Positions 1 to 9,871 of a stretch of DNA of 51,041 nucleotides are shown piece by piece. Under the pieces are notes generated by a model, which worked only from the letters and a program-made list of their open reading frames with translations, ran no database searches and was not told the DNA's origin. Numbering within the stretch: position 1 is the first letter of the stretch; every line of letters begins with the position of its first letter. The stretch lies in IMG/VR virus record IMGVR_UViG_3300028840_001916; one strand, written 5' to 3'. Made by a program: the position numbers and the translations under genes. This DNA is from a virus.

Positions 1-144
1 GGGGGCATCGCCGATCTGCGGCACCTTCTTCTCGATCTCTTCGGAGGCCGCCCAGCCGAGACCGGCCTGGGCTAAGGGCACGCCGAATTGAGCTAGAGTA
101 TCAACAAGGCTCATACTATCTATCCTTGCGGGACGCCTCCTCGG
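1..144. repeat. Terminal direct repeat, left copy (identical to 50898-51041). Assembly overlap of a circular or circularly permuted genome.
   Basis: First and last 144 nt are identical base for base. The repeat contains the stop of the 837-aa ORF and the ATG (112-114, complement) of the 480-aa ORF, so it cuts through genes. Confidence 0.95.
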
Positions 145-2629
145 ACCCCTGTACTATACACCCTAGAAGTTCAAAGGTCAAGTTACTCCAGCAACACTCC
201 ATCCCAGGCACGATGACCGTCCCCCTATGCGGGGCAGACCAATAAGTATGGGCCGGCACAGTCGTTATGTCAGCGTAGGCCGTCCGCTCCGCCGTATCCG
301 AGTCGTCCTCGAAAAGCTGGTAGTTGCAGAATGCCCCCGTCGTATCCCCGGATAGCTCCCTCCAGAGGGCTCCCATCCCCCGTACCTTCTTAACGGAGAA
401 GGCGTCCATCGCCCCCTCTGAGGACATGCCTACAGGAGAAAGACTGACCTTGAACGGGATAGGGGCCAGATGATACTGCACCCCAGTCGGGTTTCCGCTC
501 AGGGCACTGTTCATCGTGAATGTCGTAGCGTTCGTGGAGGAGATTGTCCTCCGCTCACCCGTAACCCCAGTGACCTCCGTGCCGTCTTCCTTGACCGTGA
601 AGTGGACGTAGAATCCATCGAGGGAATTGTCCGTCGGCAGGGCCGGTGTGCCAGAGGGCGTGATGACTGCTCCTGCATATGTCGAGACGACTCCGTTGTA
701 GTCCGGCCCGGTAGCCCCACCATTCATCGTCGCCGTATCGGCAGAGCCGTCCACATCGACGGAGAATATACGCTTCGACGCCTCATTTATGAAGAGGGCT
801 TTCGTCACGCCCCCGTTGGTGAAGTCCGACCCCGTAAGAATCCAATCCCACGGGCAGTCTTCCAGGTGCGTAAGGACGCCTTCATTCATCCAGACCAGGA
901 GCATCTCGTCCTCGGTCGGATTGTGGAAGATGGCAGCCCCGATACGCGAGTCATAGGCTGCCTGCACGTCCTCCAAAGAAGCACGCCACTCGGTCGTCTT
1001 GTCCAGCTTGTGCTGGGAAGCTGACAGCACATCCACTTGCCCCGAACCCAAGTCTACAAGTAAGAGGCCGACGGGCGACACCATAAGTAAGTTCGTCCCG
1101 ATGGCCAGGATGCCGTGACGGCTGGATGCCCCGTGCCGGTTGTGCAACGTGTCTATTGAGACCCGACTCCCAGACCTATGTATACGGAAGATGTGGTTGT
1201 CCATCACCGCCGCCAGGAACGACCCGGCACGCACTAACTCTTTGAAGGAGTCGGACAAATCCTCCGGTGCTTTGTAATGTTCCAAGGGGAAGAGGTTTTG
1301 CCGATCCCTATTGACGGTGGACCACCTCAAAGTCTCTGTATCGGGGCCTTCATCGCCACTACCCACCGTGTCGGTGGCCAAGACGAGCAAGCCTTCGTAG
1401 TGGGCGATCCTCTTACCTGGCGGCAAGGTGACAAACGAGCGGGTTTCCTGCGGATCAAGTGCTAGCCTGCTGGCCATAGCCGTATCGGACAAGCCCGCGT
1501 TGGCGTTTGCACTCGGAGGGAAGACCATCGCAGTCTGAAAGAAGAACGGGCCAGCAGCATCAAAGCCACCCTGGCGAACTCCCCAGAAAGCTATGAACCG
1601 GTCACCTCCAGCATAGGCAGTAATGTTTATTTCCTGCCGGCGTTCCAAGTAGAGCGAGCCGATCCTGCTGATGTCTCCAAAACCTGAACCAACTGTACGC
1701 CAATACTCAATGTATCTCTTAGTAGCCCAGGCGGTGGCTGCAAATACAAGTCCGTGATTTGCCGGGGTGCCTAAAGCATTCGTCCTGAACCCGGACACGT
1801 AAGAATTAGTGGCAGCAGTTAGTTCTAAGATGTCGCTCAAAGGGCCATACATGTCTTGCTCTGGGCAGACAAGGCGGTAAGCAAATCCATATCGCTGACC
1901 GTTCTGCAACCACCCTCCGGCGGTTGTTCCAGCCACTTGTGTGTTATAATGCCCATAGTCACCGGAGACTGGACTGTCCTTCAGAAACGTATTGTCAGGG
2001 GCTAACCCAGGCTCAGAGGGTGAGATCAGCCAGCCCACCCACGACTCATTCGCCGGCACGGCATCATAGTTAAACCGGAACGCCCGATCAATGGAGGTGC
2101 CATCCGTCAACTGCCCTACGACGAAGATATGCCGGTGGTTGTGCGACATCCCGATGTAGGAGATTGCCGTAGTCGAGCCAGCAGCCCCATCGACGTAGCC
2201 GATCTTCTGCAACTGGGTCGTACTCGTAGAAGTCCGGTAGTAGTAGGCGTACAAGCTCGTCTTCGAGTTGTGGTCCTGCCCTAAGAAGATAATGCCCCTA
2301 AGCAGGCCGGAACGGTTCGTCTCCTCCTGGATGCAGAAGTAGTGGTAGTGCTTGTTACCGGCCGAGTCTCCGAAGGTGTAGTCCTTGTCTACACCGTAGT
2401 CGCCGTCGGCGGGGTCCCAGAACTCCTCCGCCTGGGATGGAAGGGTGGCCTCTTCGTAGAAGCCAGGGAACCTCCGCAGGCGTTGGAAGTACCTCCCGTC
2501 CACCCCGGTCAAGCGAGAGAACGTACCTGGCGGCTGTAAATAGGGAGACGGCCTCGTGTCCAGGGCTGGTGAGCCGAAGCCATACTCCCAGACTTCCCTC
2601 GGATTAGCTCGGCGGATACGCTCGGACAT
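116..2629 (-). CDS. Large virion/tail protein, 837 aa. Nozzle (tail-tubular-B, T7 gp12-like) candidate by size and position only.
   Basis: ATG 2627-2629 sits 3 nt from the upstream stop. It lies downstream of the capsid and adaptor-like genes and upstream of the internal-protein block. No catalytic motif recognised. Confidence 0.55.
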   Translation of the reverse strand: MSERIRRANPREVWEYGFGSPALDTRPSPYLQPPGTFSRLTGVDGRYFQRLRRFPGFYEEATLPSQAEEFWDPADGDYGVDKDYTFGDSAGNKHYHYFCIQEETNRSGLLRGIIFLGQDHNSKTSLYAYYYRTSTSTTQLQKIGYVDGAAGSTTAISYIGMSHNHRHIFVVGQLTDGTSIDRAFRFNYDAVPANESWVGWLISPSEPGLAPDNTFLKDSPVSGDYGHYNTQVAGTTAGGWLQNGQRYGFAYRLVCPEQDMYGPLSDILELTAATNSYVSGFRTNALGTPANHGLVFAATAWATKRYIEYWRTVGSGFGDISRIGSLYLERRQEINITAYAGGDRFIAFWGVRQGGFDAAGPFFFQTAMVFPPSANANAGLSDTAMASRLALDPQETRSFVTLPPGKRIAHYEGLLVLATDTVGSGDEGPDTETLRWSTVNRDRQNLFPLEHYKAPEDLSDSFKELVRAGSFLAAVMDNHIFRIHRSGSRVSIDTLHNRHGASSRHGILAIGTNLLMVSPVGLLLVDLGSGQVDVLSASQHKLDKTTEWRASLEDVQAAYDSRIGAAIFHNPTEDEMLLVWMNEGVLTHLEDCPWDWILTGSDFTNGGVTKALFINEASKRIFSVDVDGSADTATMNGGATGPDYNGVVSTYAGAVITPSGTPALPTDNSLDGFYVHFTVKEDGTEVTGVTGERRTISSTNATTFTMNSALSGNPTGVQYHLAPIPFKVSLSPVGMSSEGAMDAFSVKKVRGMGALWRELSGDTTGAFCNYQLFEDDSDTAERTAYADITTVPAHTYWSAPHRGTVIVPGMECCWSNLTFELLGCIVQGSEEASRKDR

Positions 2630-2632
2630 ACG

Positions 2633-2839
2633 CTACCCCGTAGGAGCCGTGAAGGCATCCAGAAAGACTGCACCCATCAAGAACTGCAACGGGCTTGGCA
2701 CGGCAGGCTTCTCCAGCCCAAGTGGAATCCCCATCACACGACGACCCAACCTGTCCTCGCGGCCGAGGAATGCCCGCACGAGCAAGATGTTGTTCGCCGG
2801 CCGCTCATCGTATGTGTCTGTCTGTGGGTAAACTTGCAC
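2633..2839 (-). CDS. Hypothetical small protein (68 aa, GTG start)
   Basis: Exactly fills the gap between two structural genes. GTG follows the upstream TAA directly. Start uncertain. Confidence 0.4.
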   Translation of the reverse strand: MQVYPQTDTYDERPANNILLVRAFLGREDRLGRRVMGIPLGLEKPAVPSPLQFLMGAVFLDAFTAPTG

Positions 2840-3766
2840 TTAGCAGACTCCACGACCTCGACGGCCGAGGCCCCTCTTCATCGTGGTGCCTGACCTACCT
2901 TGAGCTTGAGAGTAGGCCAGCTTCAGGTTCCGCATGGACATCCGGTACTCCTCCAGGATGCCTGCTGCCCTCTCTGCATCTGGTGAGTGTCGTACCAGCA
3001 TCAAGGCCGTCCTACACGCCATGACGTAGTTCAGCTTCATCGTGTGCAGGGGCACGACCTCGTAAGTGACGGCCGCCCCGTCGTAGTTTGGCTCGTTCGT
3101 GAACGCCGGAGCGTAAGTAGCCACACGGGTCGTCGGCTCATATGCCGTGATGATCCGCTCCTCCTGGATGGCGTACTCCCCTCCTTGCAAGTCGGCATCC
3201 AGCAACCTCAAGACGTAGCCCGCATACGCATTCGCACGCAAATCCAGCGTGCCCGCTGTCGGGGCAGCAGGGAAGGTAATGGTGCAGTCGTCGTGGTCTC
3301 CTGCTGGGGCTGTGCCTTCATGGGGCCAGGCCTCCCCTGAGTGGATGTACGTCATCCGTAGCGTATGCGTCTCCTCCCAGGTTGGGTCGATCTGGATGAC
3401 TGGACCTTCCAGGCCGATACCCATACCTTCCGGCTCAAGGATATGGGAGGGGACAATCTCCCAATTCGGCGTTGCAGGCGTACTAGTAGACATCTTCTCT
3501 AGGGCAATGAGTTTGCCTACAACAGGCGGGATGGCCAGGTACTCCGCGTCCGCCGTGATGGTGATGTTCGACCGGCAGTGTACCTTGAAGCCGTTGAAGG
3601 CATTGATCTCCCGCATGACTTCCATCTGGGCATCACGAAGGTAGTCCAGGATTCTGGCGTTGGCGTACTTTGAAGAATCGACGGGCTCCTCCAGAATTTC
3701 ACGGACTTTGGCTACGATGCCCGTGAGAATCCCGCTACCCGAGAGGTCATCATACGGCCCAGACAT
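2840..3766 (-). CDS. Structural protein, 308 aa. Head-tail adaptor / tail-tubular-A-like candidate by position.
   Basis: TAA-ATG abutment with the upstream gene. Sits between the capsid and the 837-aa gene, as T7 gp11 does. Confidence 0.45.
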   Translation of the reverse strand: MSGPYDDLSGSGILTGIVAKVREILEEPVDSSKYANARILDYLRDAQMEVMREINAFNGFKVHCRSNITITADAEYLAIPPVVGKLIALEKMSTSTPATPNWEIVPSHILEPEGMGIGLEGPVIQIDPTWEETHTLRMTYIHSGEAWPHEGTAPAGDHDDCTITFPAAPTAGTLDLRANAYAGYVLRLLDADLQGGEYAIQEERIITAYEPTTRVATYAPAFTNEPNYDGAAVTYEVVPLHTMKLNYVMACRTALMLVRHSPDAERAAGILEEYRMSMRNLKLAYSQAQGRSGTTMKRGLGRRGRGVC

Positions 3767-4243
3767 TTAGTACATGCCTCCAGGCATCGCTACTTTCCGC
3801 CTGTCAAAGTTGAAGCCGACCCGACGAGCCCACTGGTCCGCATGGTGCTCTCCATGTGCTCGCTTCATATCCCGATAGATCGTCAGGTAGGCGTCCCGTA
3901 TTGCCTCCTCTTCTTCGATGTGGGCCGTAGCGGCAGCGGCTTCCCGCTGGCGTAGCCGACGCTTAACCTCCTTCTTCTCCAGGAGGACGGTCAGGAGCCT
4001 GACCAGGCGTTGGTAGTGCTCACGCGACTGGGGGAACGTCTGTGTGCCGTCCACGCCGTCCACATAGTCCAGCTCCAAGAGTTGGCGACCGTTGGCACTC
4101 TTCAAGGCGACGAGCCATTTCTTCGTCCCCTTATGGAAGTAGGTGACGATGTTGGGCTGTTTCGTGTCCCGGCGGAGGGATGCCTCCACGGGAAGCGGCC
4201 GGAGTGCGTGCCATTCTGGGTCGAAGTCAATCGGGATATACAT
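3767..4243 (-). CDS. Hypothetical protein (158 aa), morphogenesis arm
   Basis: ATG 4241-4243 preceded by CTAAGTGGGAGAAGGAACGAT (SD-like). Confidence 0.7.
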   Translation of the reverse strand: MYIPIDFDPEWHALRPLPVEASLRRDTKQPNIVTYFHKGTKKWLVALKSANGRQLLELDYVDGVDGTQTFPQSREHYQRLVRLLTVLLEKKEVKRRLRQREAAAATAHIEEEEAIRDAYLTIYRDMKRAHGEHHADQWARRVGFNFDRRKVAMPGGMY

Positions 4244-4271
4244 ATCGTTCCTTCTCCCACTTAGGGCCGTG

Positions 4272-4352
4272 TTAGAAGCAGTAGCCGAAGCCGCATAGGA
4301 TGCTACGCAGCAGCTCGAACAGAACTTGTGAGATTAACGCTCCAAGGTCCAT
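4272..4352 (-). CDS. Possible micro-ORF, 26 aa, hydrophobic (MDLGALISQVLFELLRSILCGFGYCF)
   Basis: ATG 4350-4352 preceded by GGAAAGGAAGAGTAAG. Below the ORF-track length cutoff. Lies in the 220-nt gap after the capsid gene. Confidence 0.25.
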   Translation of the reverse strand: MDLGALISQVLFELLRSILCGFGYCF

Positions 4353-4381
4353 CTTACTCTTCCTTTCCGGCAGCATAGGAG

Positions 4382-4415
4382 GGGGGGCCGCATCAGTTGC
4401 CTGACTTGGCCCCCC
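4382..4415 (-). terminator. GC hairpin downstream of the major capsid gene (8-bp G6CC/GGC6 stem, 18-nt loop). Attenuator or RNA-stabilising element candidate.
   Basis: GGGGGGCC (4382-4389) pairs with GGCCCCCC (4408-4415). No clean U-tract follows on the - transcript. Confidence 0.35.
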
Positions 4416-4465
4416 GCTCCGGCACAGGGAGAAGGAGCTGCCGACCAATCCCCCCTTACACTGAC

Positions 4466-5983
4466 TTACAAGGTCTCGCTGAGGCTGGTCATCTTGATTC
4501 CGGGGATCGTCTTGGGGACAATCGCCTTCATCACCTCAAACGGGGCCTCCATGATGTTCGTGGACCGTCCGTTGGTGTCGTGGTAGGGCTTGCAAATGCC
4601 CATCGGGCCACCAATCGGATAGGTGAACTCGATCTCGCGGCCGAAGCCTTCCAACGTCTTGGACGAGCCAATCGGAGGAGGCACCAGCCGATTCAGGTTC
4701 TTGTCCCGTGTCTTCAGGCCCCAGAGCCGGCCGCCATTGACGGTCGAATCCGTAGCATCAGACAGCGACGGCATGAACGGCGTATCGTACCAGCCCACCC
4801 GTTGGCCGTGGAAGGCGAACGGGGCACTGCCGATCTCATAGCCCTCGCCGAGCATGAACCGATCACCCTGGTCCCGATTCACGACGAAGCCAGGGGCAGA
4901 CAACGACCTATTCTCGACATAGTTCGTCGTCACGCCCGTACTCGTCACGATGGTATCAGGGATGTCCGCCAGGCCGTAAGCCTTAAAGTAGCGGCCCCAC
5001 ATCCGGTTCAGCAGCGTCTCGGTCAGGCTGCCATCAACGTCGTTCACGACGGAGACGAACTGCTGGTAGGTCGTGACGTTGATCCCGAACGGAGTCGCAC
5101 CAGAGGCAAGTAGCCAGGACTCAGGCCCCACCGGCCCATAAGACCGAGTGTTCGTCGAATCCCACGAATCGGCCAGGACGATGATGTCGTTCGTCGCCAC
5201 GGCCGTCCCAAAGACTGCGGACCAGTCCGACCCCGACTGGTTATGTCGGAGTGTGACCATGCCGTAGCCGCCGGTATCGTTCGTGGTGTCAACGACGTAC
5301 CGCACGCCGTCTACCACCACGCGGGCCGTACCGTTCAGCTTCGTGGCGAACGAGTCCGTATAGTCGTAGATGTCAACGTGCATCCCGTTCTGGAGCTGGC
5401 GGATCGACCCGCCCTTGACCGGGAACGTACAGCTATTCCCAGAAAGGGTAGGCGTATTCGCCACGATAGCCAACGACCGGGACGAGTCGTGGGCGTAGAA
5501 GGCCCCAATCTCAGCCAAGGCGACGTTCTTAGCCGTCCCCTTAATGATGAGTTCGACCGCATCGACGATACAGGCGTCGAGCTTCGTAGCACGCCTGTAC
5601 TCGTGGGGCAGGAAAAGGTTTCCGACGCCCATAGCCAGTTGGACTTCCTTCTGTAGCCAAGCAGGCCAAACGGAGTCGTCCATGCTCGGGTAGGATCGCA
5701 GTCCAGGCTGTGAACTATGGGCATATCCATCGTTCGTAACAGAGGTGTCCGCAGCGGTAGCCGCCGGCCCAAGGGGCGTAACCCACTTGAACACGCCGGA
5801 GTTGTTCTCGGAGAACGTCCAGATTTTCTTCCAACTGGCCCCGATGCCGTCACGAATGACCCCCATCCAAGTGGTGTAAAACTTCTTCCACAAGGAGTCG
5901 AGGGCCGGGAGTGAGTCCGGCACGCCGCGAGTCAAATCCACCTCGATGACGGACGACATGTTCTCGATAACAGTGTCGGCCAT
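4466..5983 (-). CDS. Major capsid protein candidate (505 aa)
   Basis: Follows the portal / HExxH / scaffold genes in canonical order. Hairpin immediately downstream. ATG 5981-5983. Confidence 0.6.
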   Translation of the reverse strand: MADTVIENMSSVIEVDLTRGVPDSLPALDSLWKKFYTTWMGVIRDGIGASWKKIWTFSENNSGVFKWVTPLGPAATAADTSVTNDGYAHSSQPGLRSYPSMDDSVWPAWLQKEVQLAMGVGNLFLPHEYRRATKLDACIVDAVELIIKGTAKNVALAEIGAFYAHDSSRSLAIVANTPTLSGNSCTFPVKGGSIRQLQNGMHVDIYDYTDSFATKLNGTARVVVDGVRYVVDTTNDTGGYGMVTLRHNQSGSDWSAVFGTAVATNDIIVLADSWDSTNTRSYGPVGPESWLLASGATPFGINVTTYQQFVSVVNDVDGSLTETLLNRMWGRYFKAYGLADIPDTIVTSTGVTTNYVENRSLSAPGFVVNRDQGDRFMLGEGYEIGSAPFAFHGQRVGWYDTPFMPSLSDATDSTVNGGRLWGLKTRDKNLNRLVPPPIGSSKTLEGFGREIEFTYPIGGPMGICKPYHDTNGRSTNIMEAPFEVMKAIVPKTIPGIKMTSLSETL

Positions 5984-6057
5984 TTTAGGTAGACCTCAAC
6001 TTCTACTTAGGGGTTGACCCAGGACTTAGGCCGTCTCACGCCGTTGCAAGACTCGAA

Positions 6058-6996
6058 TTAGCCCCCAAAGCCACCTAGCCGCAAGGCCAGATTCTTGGTG
6101 TAGTCCGGGTCATTTATGCTAACGGGCTTGTTTAATTCGCGGCGGTGGGTGCCGGAAGACGCTGCCGTGCCAGATGGACCAATCGACTCCAGCAGGCCCT
6201 CATCGAGGAGCCCGCCGTCATCGGGGTCGTCAAGTCGGATACCCGTCCTTTGCAGGTATTTCTCCAGGTCTTCCAGACCTTTTGAAATAGTCCGGGGTCC
6301 GAAGGGCTTGATCTCCGCCGACCGCTTGCCGACGAAATTGCAAGCCTGATCCTGAAAGCGACCCAATGCTTCCGGGTCATCCTTCAGTCTCGCCACTATT
6401 TTAGACAGTTTCGGGTGGGAGTCAAGGGCACTATGTACCATCTGGCGGGCATGGAGGCCAGTGGCGTCCTGCTGGGCCTTCTTCTTCCTGGTCTCGGTGT
6501 CGGAGGCCCAGTCCTGCATCTGCTTGATCGCCTCCCGAGCGTCATCTAATTGGTCTTTCAAGGACTGGACATAACGTAGGGCTTTATCTTGCTTGCCCTT
6601 CTTAGGCTTCTTGCCGGGTTCGTCCTCGTCGAAGTCCAGGTCCAGGTCGTCCTCGTCTGGCTCGTCCTCGGGGGTTCGGACTGGTTTGGGCGGCTGGAGC
6701 ATGGCGTCCACCTCCTCCTGGGTGAGCACGCCCAGGCTGTTCAGGGCCGTGCGGAGCTTGTCCACGGACTTCTCCTTGAAGCCTGACTTTAGGTTCTCGA
6801 CGACCGACAGGTCGCCTTCCAAAGACTGCTTTAGCTGGGCAGCTTCACGGAGCTTGGCATCGCCAGCCAGCTCCTTCTGGAGGAAGGGCAGGGCCTCCTC
6901 CAAGGTCATGGTACGCTTCTGGCCATTGATCTCGAAGGTCCTCTCCGACTTGAGGACTTCTTCGGACCACTCTTGCGGTGTGTCTTGGTCGGGCAT
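6058..6996 (-). CDS. Scaffolding protein candidate (312 aa, highly charged, helical and low-complexity)
   Basis: E/K/D/Q-rich sequence directly upstream of the capsid gene. SD GTAGGAG 8 nt before ATG 6994-6996. Confidence 0.55.
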   Translation of the reverse strand: MPDQDTPQEWSEEVLKSERTFEINGQKRTMTLEEALPFLQKELAGDAKLREAAQLKQSLEGDLSVVENLKSGFKEKSVDKLRTALNSLGVLTQEEVDAMLQPPKPVRTPEDEPDEDDLDLDFDEDEPGKKPKKGKQDKALRYVQSLKDQLDDAREAIKQMQDWASDTETRKKKAQQDATGLHARQMVHSALDSHPKLSKIVARLKDDPEALGRFQDQACNFVGKRSAEIKPFGPRTISKGLEDLEKYLQRTGIRLDDPDDGGLLDEGLLESIGPSGTAASSGTHRRELNKPVSINDPDYTKNLALRLGGFGG

Positions 6997-7007
6997 TCTT
7001 GCTTCTC

Positions 7008-7460
7008 CTACTTCTTCTTCTTCTTCTTAGGTTTGGTGGTGTTATTCTCCTCCAGCAAAAGCCGGATAAATGGTTTATTACTATCCATCAGGGTTAAAAG
7101 GCCAGTGGTGTATGACTCGACGATAGCCTCTTCTATGTCCCCGACGCGATTCAGAATCTTAGTCAGGACCTCCAGGTCGTTGGCGTTCAGGCGGTATTTT
7201 CCGCTGGCCATCGCCAGGAGCAGGGCCGGCACGACGAACTTAGCCCAGATGGCATGGCCGCATTCGTGGAATAAAACTCGCAGCATCCACGGGATATTGT
7301 CCTCTTTCTTGAGCTGGACTGTATTATTATGCCCATAATACAGACCTTGGTAGTCCTTCAAGCTAGAAGGCCAACGTGCCGGGACCCGCACGGATAAGCA
7401 CTCGTCTCCTAGCCTCACAGACTGGATGGGAAATTCCACCTTCTTGGCCTTATTGGACAC
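7008..7460 (-). CDS. HExxH zinc-metallopeptidase-like protein (150 aa) with C-terminal KPKKKKKK tail. Prohead-protease position.
   Basis: Motif LFHECGHAIW. Lies between portal and scaffold. GTG start overlaps the portal stop by 11 nt, so the start is uncertain. Confidence 0.5.
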   Translation of the reverse strand: MSNKAKKVEFPIQSVRLGDECLSVRVPARWPSSLKDYQGLYYGHNNTVQLKKEDNIPWMLRVLFHECGHAIWAKFVVPALLLAMASGKYRLNANDLEVLTKILNRVGDIEEAIVESYTTGLLTLMDSNKPFIRLLLEENNTTKPKKKKKK

Positions 7461-9558
7461 GGGAGGTTATCCTGCTCTGGAGGTCCACGTTAGGGAGTCC
7501 GCCGGCAAACTGGGCCTGCATGGCAGCCGCATCTTCTGGGTTCGGCATCCCCTGCGGTAGGAGGCCCCCAGCGGCCGGCGTCCACGCCCGTATACGTTGG
7601 CGGAAGATATCCTGCACTTCCTTGGACGCCAGGGAGAACTCATACGTGCTAGTGAACTCCTGCAAGGCCAGGATTTGGGCCGCTGGGATGTCGAACGTAT
7701 CATGCGGCATCGCCTTCTCAGGCGGCCCTGGCGTCCGTCCATCCCCGAACAAGATGAGGTTGTGCATCACGGCTTTGACGTAGTTCTCGTAGAAGGCCCT
7801 CTTCCCCAAGGGCAAGCCCCAGTCCTCCCGGTAGTTCATTATGACCAGCTCATTCGGGACGAGCTGGCCAAGCTGCATCAGTTGGATGGCCTCGTTTCGG
7901 CGGCGTTCCGTCCGCACCGGATCAGTAGACATAATCTCGATCTGGACATTCCACGGATCGGGCAGGGCTCCGCCTTCGAGGGAGATAGTCCCGTCTGGGC
8001 CGACGGCTACGCCCATGATGGTATTGTCAATCCGAGCCAACGGGATCGTGGCAGCCACGGCGGCGGGGTCCCTCAAGGCTTGTGACATGTGGTGGAGCAT
8101 CCACCGATAGCAGGACACATACGCCTTCTGGATGGAGGCGGCTACGGCCTGCAAGTTCGTGCTGCCCGTCTCGGCCAGGACACGGAACGCCTCTCCAGAG
8201 TCCGCACGGCCGGGGGCCTGGCCGCCCATCAACGGTCCCTGGTTGGTCGAGCGGTCCACCATGTCCACCCCGAACGACGCCACCTTCCCCGGCAAGTCGG
8301 AGGAGTTGACAGGCTGGACGGCCTGCACCGGGTCACGCGGGAACGACGGGTCATACTGGTAGGGGATAACACGGGGCGTACCTTTCTCGATGAAGTCCTC
8401 CTCGGACATGCCCATCCCCATCGGCATCAGCAAGAACCCAAAGCGGTCCATATCCTCCACGTTGCCAATGAGCCGATACAATAGCCGTTCCAAGCGTGAG
8501 ACGAACGGGATCACCTTCGACGAGAAGGACCGGCCATAGAAGTGGCCCGTATCCTGGTACTTGCCGATGCCGACAGGGCAAGGGACCTTCTTCTGGTATG
8601 AAGTGTCGGCGGCAGGCCAATTCCCAGCACGGACGATGTACCGCTGGACGGACCAGTCAGGCCCGACGAGCCAGTGTTCCTGCAAGCGGACGAACTCCTC
8701 GAAGTCGCGGTGAGGCTTGCCGAGTTTACCCTCGGCGGCCCGGTCCATCTGGTCACGGGCCTCGCGGTCAAACATCTCTGAGAAGGAAACACCCACGCCT
8801 TCTGCGGGCGTGCCGGCCCCCGAGGTCTGCATGTCAAAGACGGCCCCGTATGGGAGTTCCTGGATATTCAGCTCCCCCCAATACTTCTTAGGCGGAAGGA
8901 TGACGCCCTGCATCTGCTCCAGTTGCCGTAGGGGAAACATCCTCGACCGGCAAATCCCCCGCAGATCGGACGGCTGTGAGGTGGCAGCAGGAATGCCCAG
9001 CAACTCCCAGGGCGGGATGATCTCCCACTGGACTGAGACTCCTGGGGCGTCTTGCGAATACAGGCTGGCCTGGGGTGAGTCCGCCCAGCACCCTATGGCC
9101 GCCGTACCGTACTGCACCAACTGCGTCAAGAAGTCCAAGTAGAATGATCTATGCTCCGTCGAGCGAGTCAGGTAGTCGAGGAAAACCCTGGCCAGGGATG
9201 CCTCGCGGAGACTTTCCAAGGAGAAGGCACGCTTCTTCGTGTTGGGGCGGGTGTCTAGGCGACACAAGCGGCCTATCTCCGTCTGGATGTCGGCGAGTGC
9301 CTTTTCCCACCGGAAGGGTACACCGGGCATGCCCAAGGACTCGTCCGGGTCGTCATACTCCAGCTCGACTGTACCCTCGTCGTAGTTGACGATCTGGAAG
9401 GAGCGGTAGCCCTGCAAGTAGCCAGAGGTGATGAACCAACCAATCTGGTGCAGGTTCCTCTCCAGGATGGCAGCCTGCGAAATATGCTCTAAGGCATCAA
9501 TTAAGGCCGGGTTATGCTTACCTGGCTTTTCCGGCGGCGGAAGTATCAGTCTGCTCAT
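7450..9558 (-). CDS. Portal protein candidate (702 aa)
   Basis: Size and position: first large gene after TerL, upstream of scaffold and capsid. Confidence 0.6.
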   Translation of the reverse strand: MSRLILPPPEKPGKHNPALIDALEHISQAAILERNLHQIGWFITSGYLQGYRSFQIVNYDEGTVELEYDDPDESLGMPGVPFRWEKALADIQTEIGRLCRLDTRPNTKKRAFSLESLREASLARVFLDYLTRSTEHRSFYLDFLTQLVQYGTAAIGCWADSPQASLYSQDAPGVSVQWEIIPPWELLGIPAATSQPSDLRGICRSRMFPLRQLEQMQGVILPPKKYWGELNIQELPYGAVFDMQTSGAGTPAEGVGVSFSEMFDREARDQMDRAAEGKLGKPHRDFEEFVRLQEHWLVGPDWSVQRYIVRAGNWPAADTSYQKKVPCPVGIGKYQDTGHFYGRSFSSKVIPFVSRLERLLYRLIGNVEDMDRFGFLLMPMGMGMSEEDFIEKGTPRVIPYQYDPSFPRDPVQAVQPVNSSDLPGKVASFGVDMVDRSTNQGPLMGGQAPGRADSGEAFRVLAETGSTNLQAVAASIQKAYVSCYRWMLHHMSQALRDPAAVAATIPLARIDNTIMGVAVGPDGTISLEGGALPDPWNVQIEIMSTDPVRTERRRNEAIQLMQLGQLVPNELVIMNYREDWGLPLGKRAFYENYVKAVMHNLILFGDGRTPGPPEKAMPHDTFDIPAAQILALQEFTSTYEFSLASKEVQDIFRQRIRAWTPAAGGLLPQGMPNPEDAAAMQAQFAGGLPNVDLQSRITSRVQ

Positions 9559-9871
9559 CCTCTACGTCATCCAAAAGGCAAGGCCCCTCTAATACCTGGG
9601 CACCACTGGATTTAGGGAAATACCGCGTCCGATCCGCCGGGCCGAGACGACGTGCAAGCCTCGGCCTCTTCTGCTTCTGGGGTGGAGTGGATGGACGGCC
9701 GGCAGCACGTTCTACCATGTCTCGAAGTCTGGCTTGGGCTTCCGGGGTGGCCTCTTCAGGTGTAGGCGGAGCCGACGCATGTTCCAGTTGTACCTGAGTC
9801 ATAAGCGTAAATGCCTCTGCAAGCAAGGCATACGCCTTCGTCAACCGGTGGTCTACAAAGCCTGGCAGCAT
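9518..9871 (-). CDS. Hypothetical protein (117 aa)
   Basis: ATG 9869-9871. Overlaps both neighbours (19 nt and 41 nt), consistent with a coupled operon. Confidence 0.55.
   Translation of the reverse strand: MLPGFVDHRLTKAYALLAEAFTLMTQVQLEHASAPPTPEEATPEAQARLRDMVERAAGRPSTPPQKQKRPRLARRLGPADRTRYFPKSSGAQVLEGPCLLDDVEDEQTDTSAAGKAR

Noticed and set aside
1-144. Terminal repeat read as a genuine T7-like direct terminal repeat.
   Set aside because: It cuts through a gene junction and duplicates the 5' end of a coding sequence. An assembly overlap of a circular or permuted genome is the simpler reading.
116-2629. Assigning the 837-aa protein as tail fibre or tailspike with a depolymerase.
   Set aside because: No beta-helix, esterase or lyase motif was recognisable by eye. 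Position and size fit a nozzle/tubular-B protein better. The call stays hedged.
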